Virus record (IMG/VR): IMGVR_UViG_3300033069_000955
Origin: an uncultured virus (IMG/VR IMGVR_UViG_3300033069_000955)
Taxonomy: Duplodnaviria; Heunggongvirae; Uroviricota; Caudoviricetes
Reading direction: 5' to 3' (one strand)
Length of the DNA stretch: 20,000 bases
Both the position numbers and the translations under genes were made by a program. The notes below the pieces were generated by a model. The model ran no database searches. It was not told where the DNA came from and was given only the letters and a program-made list of their open reading frames with translations. Below, piece by piece: positions 1-8,186 of this stretch. The stretch's first letter is position 1; the number at the start of each line of letters is the position of its first letter.

Positions 1-327
1 ATAGGCTTTGTATCATTAGCCCCCATAGTTAATACACCTAATGGATGGCATTCAGGTGGCGGGTGTGGTTTTTCCAGTAAAACTAATTTAGATACAGTAT
101 CAGTAAATAATGCTGGACATCTTCCACATAATAACGGAACCGATTACACTAGTTTTGAAAACGCAGAATTAGCTTTCACTATAGTTTATGGAGTACATGG
201 TTTAAGATTAGTTAACTTGGAAGGATGTTCTCCTTTCTGTTCTAACTATAAAACTCACGCCTCACAAGCATCCCATTTAAGCAGATTCGATGAATCAGAA
301 CGACACATCTACAAGGTAGGTATTTAA
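1..327 (+). CDS. 3' part of an unknown protein, truncated by the window edge
   Basis: Frame 1 is open from base 1 (IGFVSLAPIVNTPNGWHSGGGCGF...HIYKVGI) to TAA at 325-327. The stop overlaps the next ATG as TAATG. Confidence 0.75.
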   Translation: MGFVSLAPIVNTPNGWHSGGGCGFSSKTNLDTVSVNNAGHLPHNNGTDYTSFENAELAFTIVYGVHGLRLVNLEGCSPFCSNYKTHASQASHLSRFDESERHIYKVGI

Positions 328-941
328 TGAACGAACTTAAAGATTATTTGAACGACCCAGAAGCAATGTCGGTTCCTGGGATCATTTATATAATAACTAA
401 TAAAATAACTACAGCAATTTATGTGGGATCGACTATAAACTTATCCGCTCGAAAAGATAAACATATTTCCCAATTAAAAAACAACAAACATAAAAATATA
501 CACTTACAAAATGCTTGGAATAAATATGGAGAGAACCAATTTGAATTTGTAATAGTAGATAGGGTGTCTTTGGAAGATCTACTTATAGCTGAACAATTTT
601 ATTACGATATTTTTAACAAAGAAGTTGAAATGTTTAATTATAGTGAATTTACTGATAATGCTTTCAGGGGTGCAAAACACAGTTCCGAAACCAAGGCTCG
701 TATTTCTGAAAAATTAAAAGGCAATAAGTATAGATTAGGCATATCCCATACTCCAGAAATTAAAGAAAAACTAAGAGAACTATCTTTAAAAAGAGGATGT
801 AAACCTCCGTCTCCTTTGGGTGTGAAAAGATCTGAAGAAACTAAAGAGAAAATGAGAAAACCTAAATCTCCAGAACATATCGCTAATATGGTAAAAGCCC
901 ATCAAAAAAAGAGAGAACACAAACAAAATGAACAATCTTAA
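327..941 (+). mobile_element. Free-standing GIY-YIG homing endonuclease with NUMOD3-like DNA-binding repeats
   Basis: GIIY-x10-YVGST motif, conserved R (SARKDKH), E (IAEQFY) and N (MFN). C-terminal repeats KHSSETKARIS, SHTPEIKEKLR and KRSEETKEKMR. Confidence 0.92.
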
Positions 942-1941
942 AAACTATTTTAATGATCCTGAGGCTACTAATATACCTTTCTGCGAGAGTCCTTTTTTTT
1001 ATAGTTTGCTTCCTGGCAAACTAGAAGAATTTAGGAAGACTCAAGTTAAAGGAGAAGTTGGTCAAAGGAAGACCGAGTGGTTTGAAGAGTTAGCACGTCA
1101 CTTTTATAAACACGGTTTTGTTAAGATTAATCTTGACTTAGAGGATAAATTTGTAGAAGATCTTATTACTGAGCTTGATACAAAGCTCATGGAAGGTGCA
1201 GTTAAAACTCAAGAAGGACATTTCCATTATAATGATGGTCCTCGAATCTTTGAAGCTTGGAAATGGAATAAGAATGTTCTTGAGTTAGCTAGAAATGAGA
1301 TCGCAATGGAGGTGATTGAGTTTCTATACGGTCGAAGAGCAATTCCCTTCCAGACTATCAACTTCAAACTTGGTTCTGCACAACCTACCCACTCAGACCA
1401 TTGTCACTTTGCTTCTATGCCCCATAGGTGGGTATGTGGTTTCTGGACAGCCTTAGAGGATATTGGCCCCAATCAAGGACCTTTAATGTATTATCCTGGC
1501 TCTCATAAAGAACCAATCTATGAATTCCAAGACCTTAAAATGTCTCACACCGAATATAAAGGTGAAAAGGATAATTATACTGAATATGAAAACTTTGTAA
1601 GACAGCTTATTAAAGCTAAAAGATATGAAGATAAGTACTTTTTTGCTAAGAAGGGCGAAGCATTAATTTGGGCAGCTAATCTGCTGCATGGTGGTTCAGC
1701 GATTACAGAAGAGGGTTCCACTCGTTGGAGCCAGGCCACCCACGTAACGTTCCTTGAGGATGATATAAAACACTACACTCCGTTCTATTCTGATTACAAA
1801 GAAGGTCATTATGTGTTGAAAGACATCTCTTCCAAGAATATTCGAGACTATCAGTTACCAGAAACATATCCTTTGATCAAAGCCGTTAATAGTGAGAAGC
1901 TTACAAGAAGCAATACTTTCTATCCTAAAGAGGAAAATTAA
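928..1941 (+). CDS. Phytanoyl-CoA dioxygenase (PhyH)-family 2OG-Fe(II) oxygenase
   Basis: HxD (QPTHSD), WTALEDIGPNQGPLMYYPGSH, distal His (LLHGG) and 2OG-binding Arg (TRWS). Confidence 0.9.
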   Translation: MNNLKNYFNDPEATNIPFCESPFFYSLLPGKLEEFRKTQVKGEVGQRKTEWFEELARHFYKHGFVKINLDLEDKFVEDLITELDTKLMEGAVKTQEGHFHYNDGPRIFEAWKWNKNVLELARNEIAMEVIEFLYGRRAIPFQTINFKLGSAQPTHSDHCHFASMPHRWVCGFWTALEDIGPNQGPLMYYPGSHKEPIYEFQDLKMSHTEYKGEKDNYTEYENFVRQLIKAKRYEDKYFFAKKGEALIWAANLLHGGSAITEEGSTRWSQATHVTFLEDDIKHYTPFYSDYKEGHYVLKDISSKNIRDYQLPETYPLIKAVNSEKLTRSNTFYPKEEN

Positions 1942-2297
1942 TGACTAATATTGATACTCTAAAGTTTCAGACTTGTCCTAGAAGAATAAACGAACTTGGT
2001 CCTTGGGAAAGAACTGAGAATCTTGATATGTGGGACAAGGAAAACAAATGTACTTTTTGTGGTTCTCTACATCCAGATGAATTTCTAAAGAGAGCAAAAG
2101 AAGGTGATAAAGTTACACCTACTGATAAAAATTACAAGTGCTATCTTAATGATAGGAAAGTCTACTTCCAACATTTCAATGATGAACAACAGTCAACTCT
2201 TATTGAAATGATGAATAACAACGAAATCAACTTTGCTATTCCTGGAAGATTCTATGTTCCCCCTTTCTTTTGTCAGGTGGTAAAAAGTGGAGATTAA
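1941..2297 (+). CDS. Hypothetical phage protein, possible metal binding
   Basis: 118 aa ORF coupled by TAATG; contains CTFCGSLHP. Confidence 0.75.
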   Translation: MTNIDTLKFQTCPRRINELGPWERTENLDMWDKENKCTFCGSLHPDEFLKRAKEGDKVTPTDKNYKCYLNDRKVYFQHFNDEQQSTLIEMMNNNEINFAIPGRFYVPPFFCQVVKSGD

Positions 2298-2436
2298 GTA
2301 TTACAAAGATTGGGGTGGTGAGATGCGAGAGGTTGATGGCTTCTGGCCTGAACAAGCCTACGCCGCACAGAACCCAGAACCACCAACATGGGCTACAGAG
2401 TTTGACCCAGCCGTAGGAGAATTTTATAATGATTAG
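2287..2436 (+). CDS. Small acidic hypothetical protein (49 aa), absent from the ORF track
   Basis: GTG start after AGGTGG; MEIKYYKDWGGEMREVDGFWPEQAYAAQNPEPPTWATEFDPAVGEFYND. Fills the gap and overlaps both neighbours by a few nt. Confidence 0.6.
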   Translation: MEIKYYKDWGGEMREVDGFWPEQAYAAQNPEPPTWATEFDPAVGEFYND

Positions 2437-2746
2437 TGAAAAACTGTTAGAATTAATGAATGAGGCATTTGAAGCTGATCCTCATGCTGTACACAGTTTA
2501 GTTTGCAATAGGGTTCCTTGTAATAAGACTCTTCAAGATCACCCATATATTCAAGTAGATATGCTTGGCTATGAGACAGATAGACCTTTTGCTACTGTAG
2601 GGTTTCTTGGCTTGTTAAATGGTCTTTGTGCTCAAGATGGTAATTTTCTATGTTTGGAGTGGTCGGAAGGAGATACTCCACAAACTAGTAGACCTATTGG
2701 TTTTAAGTTGATTAACGAAGCAGAAGTTTATGGACAAGCTGAATAA
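2429..2746 (+). CDS. Hypothetical protein
   Basis: 105 aa ORF with AGGAG upstream. Confidence 0.75.
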   Translation: MISEKLLELMNEAFEADPHAVHSLVCNRVPCNKTLQDHPYIQVDMLGYETDRPFATVGFLGLLNGLCAQDGNFLCLEWSEGDTPQTSRPIGFKLINEAEVYGQAE

Positions 2747-3413
2747 TATTTCCGATTCTTTTCAGCTTAAGAAACCGATTTGTGTTCTGGTTGGTGGTCA
2801 AGGAGGTCTTGGAAAAGCTATTACTCCTTTGTTATCTAAGGATTATACGGTTATTGACTTCTCTTCTAAAGAATGTGATATTACTGATATCCAAATGGTT
2901 AGGGCTACTTTAAGAGTTTTTAAGCCTGATATTGTAGTTAACTTAGCAACTGTTAGTTATGATGGTTTACTTGTAGACTCTACTCCAACAAATATTGAAA
3001 AATCAATAGCTGTTAACGTAACTGGTGCTTATAATTTAATCAAAGAAGTTAGTATTTATTGGGGTGAAAGAGAATGTAAAGGTAGGTTTATTCAAATTAG
3101 CTCAGTGCTTTCCCAGAAACCAGTAAAAGGCGCAGGACTATATTCAGCGTCTAAAGCCTTTACTGACAACTTAATTAGAGTTGCTGCATTAGAAAATGCT
3201 AAACATGGTTCTACTTGGAATTCAATTTTACTAGGTTATTTTGAAGGTGGTCTTTGTGATAAGTTACCTGAAAATATTAAAGAAGCTACTTTGAAAAATA
3301 TTCCTTTGAGGCGATTTGGAAAAGCAGAAGAATTAGTTAACACTATTAAATTTCTAGTTGATACTGAGTATTGTAACGGAACTGTTTTAAAGCTTGATGG
3401 TGGTTTGCTGTAA
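2730..3413 (+). CDS. Short-chain dehydrogenase/reductase (FabG-like)
   Basis: GGQGGLG Rossmann motif, catalytic S (ISS) and YSASK, IPLRRFG and LDGG C-terminus. Confidence 0.92.
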   Translation: MDKLNNISDSFQLKKPICVLVGGQGGLGKAITPLLSKDYTVIDFSSKECDITDIQMVRATLRVFKPDIVVNLATVSYDGLLVDSTPTNIEKSIAVNVTGAYNLIKEVSIYWGERECKGRFIQISSVLSQKPVKGAGLYSASKAFTDNLIRVAALENAKHGSTWNSILLGYFEGGLCDKLPENIKEATLKNIPLRRFGKAEELVNTIKFLVDTEYCNGTVLKLDGGLL

Positions 3414-4126
3414 TGAAGGATTTCAAATTTCTCATATTGTTTGCTTTTTTTGAAAGACCGAACATGTGTAGAAACATGTTACAAAGCATTAAAGATCAAA
3501 CTTATACTAATTGGCATCTTCACGTTATTGATGATGGAAGTAGAGAGGGTCTTCAGGTTAGACCTATTGTTGAGGAAATGTTATCTGAGCATCTTGACAA
3601 AATAACTTTTGACTATATTCCACACACTCCTCAACAAAAAGAAGCACAAGGTGGCAGTCATCATGGTCTGTACATGACAGAAGCATTAAAGAAAAGTGAT
3701 GCTGATTATTTTATTTTTGCATGTGACGATGATATGCTCCTCCCAGACTACTTGGAGAAACTAAATGATTGGTACAAAGATAATCCTGACGTAGTTTATT
3801 CATATTGCCATGTCTCTACATTTGATCCTTTTGTAGAAACCCCACCCGATGTACCAATAAGGGGTTTTGCACATAATCACGTTCACGACCTATATGGTAG
3901 CTGTACAATTGACGCATCTCAGGGCTCATTTAGTATAAAACAACCCATAGAAGCTGGCCTACATCTTCCAGTTCAAACTAGAAATCTGGATGCTACCTGG
4001 TATGACCAAATGGGTAGAGTATTTGGGTTATGTAAGTGTAACCATATTATGGGACAATACAAAGCCATTTTTTCAGATCAGATGGGAAGCCGATCAAACA
4101 CTTATAACGTAAGAGATAAAGACTAA
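3413..4126 (+). CDS. Glycosyltransferase family 2 (GT-A fold)
   Basis: LQSIKDQTYTNWHLHVIDDGS N-terminal motif and DxD-type CDDDML. Confidence 0.88.
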   Translation: MKDFKFLILFAFFERPNMCRNMLQSIKDQTYTNWHLHVIDDGSREGLQVRPIVEEMLSEHLDKITFDYIPHTPQQKEAQGGSHHGLYMTEALKKSDADYFIFACDDDMLLPDYLEKLNDWYKDNPDVVYSYCHVSTFDPFVETPPDVPIRGFAHNHVHDLYGSCTIDASQGSFSIKQPIEAGLHLPVQTRNLDATWYDQMGRVFGLCKCNHIMGQYKAIFSDQMGSRSNTYNVRDKD

Positions 4127-4194
4127 AGTCCTAGTCAAAATCTAAAATTAGCTTACATATAAACACTAGTTTTAGATTATAAAGTTCAAGGACT
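4127..4194 (+). promoter_or_regulatory. Intergenic inverted repeat overlapping the RBS of the next gene
   Basis: AATCTAAAATTAG (4139-4151) pairs with CTAGTTTTAGATT (4166-4178). Outer AGTCCT (4127-4132) pairs with AGGACT (4189-4194). Confidence 0.4.
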
Positions 4195-4197
4195 ATT

Positions 4198-4536
4198 ATG
4201 GAATTCGACTTAAAGATAAAAATTACAAAAGACTTCTTTACAGATAAACATTATGTGGAAACTGTAATAAGTTACTTTGATTATAAAGAGCTATTAACTG
4301 ATACAGTTATTAGAAAGAGAGTAGTGGGAAGACAGGAATTGGATCTTAATAAAGAACTTCAAAAATTAAATGAAGATGATTTTAATAAGATTATGGAACT
4401 AGTAAAATCCTCAGCTGAAATTTGTTTTAGAAATACTCTTGTCAGCTCTCAAGACTTTTGGAAAGAGTCTGGTATGGATTTAGTTTTTCCAAAAGTAGAA
4501 GATTTTAAGGTAGAAATTGATGATACGATTGTTTAA
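4198..4536 (+). CDS. Hypothetical protein
   Basis: 112 aa ORF with AAGGA upstream. Confidence 0.7.
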   Translation: MEFDLKIKITKDFFTDKHYVETVISYFDYKELLTDTVIRKRVVGRQELDLNKELQKLNEDDFNKIMELVKSSAEICFRNTLVSSQDFWKESGMDLVFPKVEDFKVEIDDTIV

Positions 4537-6688
4537 AGTCAAGATGGCCAGATCCGCCAAGAAGTTAGTAAATGAAGTACTTTCTAGTGGTTTTATTGGT
4601 CAAGGTCCTAAAGTAGATTTGTTTGAACAGAAGCTCAAAGAAGCTTTAGGAACAAAGGGTACACCTGTGACTGTGAATTCCTGTACAAGTGCCATTGATC
4701 TGGCCCTAGAACTATGCGGTGTAGATTCTGATTCAGAGGTAATCACAGTTCCAGTCACCTGTGTTAGTAGTAACACTCCAGTTCTATTGGCAGATGGTAC
4801 CACAAGAAGTATGGGAGATCTAGTAGATAACAAAGAAGCAGTTGAAGTTGTTTCTTTAAATACTTCTACGGGACAATTAGAACCTAAGAAAATTACTAAT
4901 TGGATTAAACACCCTTCCACAGAACAGTGGTATAAATTAGCTATCAAGAAACTGCTTTCAAAGGATGATTCTAATATTTTTCATCAAGGTGTTTGGTTAA
5001 CTGCTGATCATCAAGTTTTAACGAAGGACAGATCCTGGCAAAGAGTAGATTCTCTCATTGAATCTGATAAAATAGCTACTCAGTATGAGGAATATACCTC
5101 CCTTCAAAAGTCCTTCGCAGATGGATTAATTCTTAGTGATGGTTGTATTCAAACTAACAAAGGTTACGGATCTAGATTATCTACAGCTTTTGTACATGAT
5201 AAAGCTGAGTTAGCAAGTTTGGCTAAGAATTTATTAGGAGGCTTGCTTTATCCTAGGCCCCAAAGAAACCAAAGTCAAGAAGCCTTAGCTTATCAAAGCT
5301 CTGTCCATCCTTTCTGGATGAAGCAGAAACATCGTTGGTATCCAACAAAATCAAAAATCGTTCCAGATGATTTGGTTTTAACTCCAGAAACTTTGGCAGT
5401 TTGGTACATGGGTGATGGTTCACTTGGAAGGGACGAAAACGGAAATCCCTCTAAAATTGTTTTCTGTACAGATTCTTTTGATATTCAATCTTTTTGGAAG
5501 TTGTTTTATAAGATGGTTGATTTAGGTTTTAAACCAACATCAATTAAATCTCCTAATAACAAAGGAAACAGAATATGTTTAGGGTTAGTAAACAGCGATA
5601 TAGATAAATTCTTATCTATGATATCCAGCTTTATCCTTCCTTGTTTTAGGTATAAGGTTCCGGAAGGGTATACTGAATATAATCCTGAAAATTGGATTAT
5701 TAAAACTCCCAGAGAAGTACACTATGCTGAATATTTACTTAAACAAGAAAAGCCACCTAGTTATGTAAAACCTAAATACGTCTACTGCATTCAAGTAGAA
5801 GATAATCAAAATTTCATTGCTTGGAATATGGTTCTTCATAATTGTTATGCGTCTAATTGTCACATACTGCACAGAGGTGCTAAGATTAGGTGGGCTGACG
5901 TACAGGAAGGCACTTGGTTAATTGATCCTAAATCAGTTGAAAGACTTATTACTCCTAAAACCAAAGCGATCATAGCTGTAAACTGGGCTGGTAAACCTTG
6001 TGATTATAAAGCTTTAAAGAAGTTTGGTATTCCTGTAATCGAAGATGCAGCTCACTGTTGGGATTACTTTAGCCAACATCAAAAACTGGAGAGAGGGGAT
6101 TATATATGTTACTCCTTCCAGGCTATTAAGTTTCTTACCACTAGTGATGGCGGGTGTCTTATCACAAACGATCCTGAAAAAGAGAAGCTGGCTAGATTAC
6201 TTAGGTGGTATGGGTTAGATAGAACTCTTGGACAGTCATTTAGATGTGCCCAAGATCTAAAACACAATGGTTACAAGTACCATATGAACGATGTTTGTGC
6301 CGCCATCGGTTTAGCTAATCTATCAGAAGCCAAGTTATCAGTGAAGAAGCATAGAAAGCATGCTAATTATCTGATTAACAACATTACAAATCCGTTTCTA
6401 TCTCTCCCAGTATTTGATGATAAATGTTCTTATTGGTTAATGAGCATTTCGGTATTAACGCAAAATGTAGATGAATTCATTGCTTATATGGCAAAGAATG
6501 GTATTGAAGCAAATCCTGTCCACTATAGGAATGATAGATATACTATAACCAAACCCTTTATTGAAAAGGATCTTCCAGGAGTTGAACAATTTGCCAAACA
6601 GCAAGTATCCATTCCTGTAGGATGGTGGTTAAATAAAGAAGATTTAAACAAGATTGTTGAAGTTTGTAATAACTGGAATCCTGTATAG
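4520..6688 (+). CDS. DegT/DnrJ/EryC1/StrS-family PLP-dependent sugar aminotransferase, intein-containing
   Basis: GPKVDLFE, VNSCTSAIDLAL, PKTKAIIAVNWAG, VIEDAAH, SFQAIK (PLP lysine), GYKYHMND. A 361 aa insertion explains the excess length. ATG 4520 preferred over TTG 4517. Confidence 0.93.
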   Translation: MIRLFKVKMARSAKKLVNEVLSSGFIGQGPKVDLFEQKLKEALGTKGTPVTVNSCTSAIDLALELCGVDSDSEVITVPVTCVSSNTPVLLADGTTRSMGDLVDNKEAVEVVSLNTSTGQLEPKKITNWIKHPSTEQWYKLAIKKLLSKDDSNIFHQGVWLTADHQVLTKDRSWQRVDSLIESDKIATQYEEYTSLQKSFADGLILSDGCIQTNKGYGSRLSTAFVHDKAELASLAKNLLGGLLYPRPQRNQSQEALAYQSSVHPFWMKQKHRWYPTKSKIVPDDLVLTPETLAVWYMGDGSLGRDENGNPSKIVFCTDSFDIQSFWKLFYKMVDLGFKPTSIKSPNNKGNRICLGLVNSDIDKFLSMISSFILPCFRYKVPEGYTEYNPENWIIKTPREVHYAEYLLKQEKPPSYVKPKYVYCIQVEDNQNFIAWNMVLHNCYASNCHILHRGAKIRWADVQEGTWLIDPKSVERLITPKTKAIIAVNWAGKPCDYKALKKFGIPVIEDAAHCWDYFSQHQKLERGDYICYSFQAIKFLTTSDGGCLITNDPEKEKLARLLRWYGLDRTLGQSFRCAQDLKHNGYKYHMNDVCAAIGLANLSEAKLSVKKHRKHANYLINNITNPFLSLPVFDDKCSYWLMSISVLTQNVDEFIAYMAKNGIEANPVHYRNDRYTITKPFIEKDLPGVEQFAKQQVSIPVGWWLNKEDLNKIVEVCNNWNPV
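4760..5842 (+). mobile_element. Intein with LAGLIDADG homing endonuclease in the DegT aminotransferase
   Basis: Starts CVSSNTPVLLADG, block B LTADHQVL, endonuclease motifs ADGLILSDG and LAVWYMGDG, block F VYCIQVEDNQNF, ends VLHN followed by C(+1). Confidence 0.95.
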
Positions 6689-6700
6689 TTACACTATACA

Positions 6701-7327
6701 TTGATGTACACAAAAACAAACTATAAACAGTACCCTTCTGTATCAGCCGTGCTTGCTGTTATTGCAAAACCTTATATTGAAAAATATGTTAATAGGGTTG
6801 GTAAAGAAGTTGCTGATAAAGAAAGACAACAATCTTCTGATTTCGGTAAATCAGTTCATACCAGTGTCTCTGAATCTATTGGTGGGATAGCTACAGCTGC
6901 TCCTGTGGAGATTCAGCCCATCATTACTAGTTTTGATGAATGGGTGTCTAAAAACGTTAAAAGATGGATTTGTAGAGATGTAGAAATCATATCCACTAAA
7001 CACAAATACCACGGAGCCCTAGATGCCATAGCTGAACTTAAAGATGGTACTTATGCTATCTTAGAATTTAAAACATCTAAAAAAATCCAAGACGACCATT
7101 ATCTACAAATTTGTGCATATGCTGGTTGTGATAAAGTAGTCTCAGAACAAGATTCACTTCCCCCCAATTTCCAGTTAAGTAATTGTAAATTGTTTATTGT
7201 AAAGCTTAATAAAATTACAGGACAATGGGAGGAGGAAGAAGTATCTAAAAATGATCAGGAAGTCATTTTTGATATTTTTCTCTCAGCATTGAAGATTTGG
7301 AAATGGAAGAATCGTCTCAATACTTAA
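6701..7327 (+). CDS. PD-(D/E)XK-family phage exonuclease
   Basis: YPSVSAVL, GKSVH, YHGALDAI, EFKTS and QICAYA motifs. Start is TTG 6701 or ATG 6704. Confidence 0.85.
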   Translation: MMYTKTNYKQYPSVSAVLAVIAKPYIEKYVNRVGKEVADKERQQSSDFGKSVHTSVSESIGGIATAAPVEIQPIITSFDEWVSKNVKRWICRDVEIISTKHKYHGALDAIAELKDGTYAILEFKTSKKIQDDHYLQICAYAGCDKVVSEQDSLPPNFQLSNCKLFIVKLNKITGQWEEEEVSKNDQEVIFDIFLSALKIWKWKNRLNT

Positions 7328-7518
7328 AATTCCCATTGGGTTTAATTAATCTTGGTCAAACCAAGAAAATTACTCAAAGAAATAAGCTTGCTGAAAAAGA
7401 GTGGAAAATGAGAACTTCTGCTTACATTGAATATAGGTATTATCTTAACTTCCATAAAGGAACTAAGAAAGCACATAAATTAATTCAATTGAATGATGAT
7501 ATTGTGATTTGCGTCTAA
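7297..7518 (+). CDS. Small basic hypothetical protein
   Basis: Fills the gap between co-directional genes; start uncertain. Confidence 0.5.
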   Translation: MEMEESSQYLKFPLGLINLGQTKKITQRNKLAEKEWKMRTSAYIEYRYYLNFHKGTKKAHKLIQLNDDIVICV

Positions 7519-7958
7519 TGAATAAATATTTTACTAAACACATTAAACCTTACTCTTGGGTAGGTCATTTTGAAGTAGATGGGGGATGGGGTCCAAAAAG
7601 AAAGCTTCAATCTATTTTGAATTTTGATGATCCTCTTATCAGTGGAATTAAAAGTCCAGTATTTGTGACTCCTGTTTTTGATCCTGTAACTAATAACTCA
7701 GATATTTTAAATGATAAATATTCAGTAGTTTTTATGGGTGAACATTATAAAGAGTTTATTAATCTTGTTGGAATCATTCAAACTCAAATGGAAAAAGAAG
7801 CTTTGTTTGTCTTACAAAGCATTGATTCTAAAAGTAAGTTAGGTACTCTAAGATTGACAGTTACAGTCACTAAAAATAATCCACCAATTTACAGTATATT
7901 TGAAGGAGAATTGAAACCTGATTTTTCTCAGACGAAAAAAATATCTTCTTGGCAATAA
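7518..7958 (+). CDS. Hypothetical protein
   Basis: ORF track gives 7509; ATG at 7518 forms a TAATG overlap with the upstream stop. Confidence 0.7.
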   Translation: MNKYFTKHIKPYSWVGHFEVDGGWGPKRKLQSILNFDDPLISGIKSPVFVTPVFDPVTNNSDILNDKYSVVFMGEHYKEFINLVGIIQTQMEKEALFVLQSIDSKSKLGTLRLTVTVTKNNPPIYSIFEGELKPDFSQTKKISSWQ

Positions 7959-7973
7959 CACTATAAAACGAAT

Positions 7974-8186
7974 ATGGAACATATTGAATTTGAAGGAAAG
8001 GATGGAAAAATCCACAACATTACTGAACTTGAAGATCAAATTGAAAGAGCCAAGGAATTGAAAATTCTTAATACTGGCACTAAGAATTTGAAGAAAGGAA
8101 AAGGATACGATTTTAAGATTGATGATAACCCTCTGAACCAACAGACTGGAACCATCAATATTATTGTGAATGAGGAAACTAACTAA
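7974..8186 (+). CDS. Hypothetical protein
   Basis: 70 aa ORF in the co-directional run. Confidence 0.65.
   Translation: MEHIEFEGKDGKIHNITELEDQIERAKELKILNTGTKNLKKGKGYDFKIDDNPLNQQTGTINIIVNEETN

Noticed and set aside
327..978. Group I intron interrupting the dioxygenase gene
   Set aside because: The endonuclease ORF fills the whole interval, leaving no room for a ribozyme core. The downstream gene has its own complete start.
2298..2428. tRNA or ncRNA in the GC-richer apparent gap
   Set aside because: No cloverleaf or T-loop motif was found; a 49 aa ORF with an RBS explains the interval.
4600..4947. Minus-strand 115 aa ORF
   Set aside because: Antisense shadow of the aminotransferase/intein with no motifs.
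6686..6703. TAG readthrough or stop-codon recoding fusing the aminotransferase to the in-frame exonuclease
   Set aside because: The aminotransferase ends at its normal family length, and no gene in the window is broken by in-frame TAG, so the standard code fits.
6701..7327. Cas4 / CRISPR system
   Set aside because: The Cas4 Fe-S cysteine pattern (C-terminal CxxC-x5-C) is missing, and no repeat-spacer array or other cas gene was seen.
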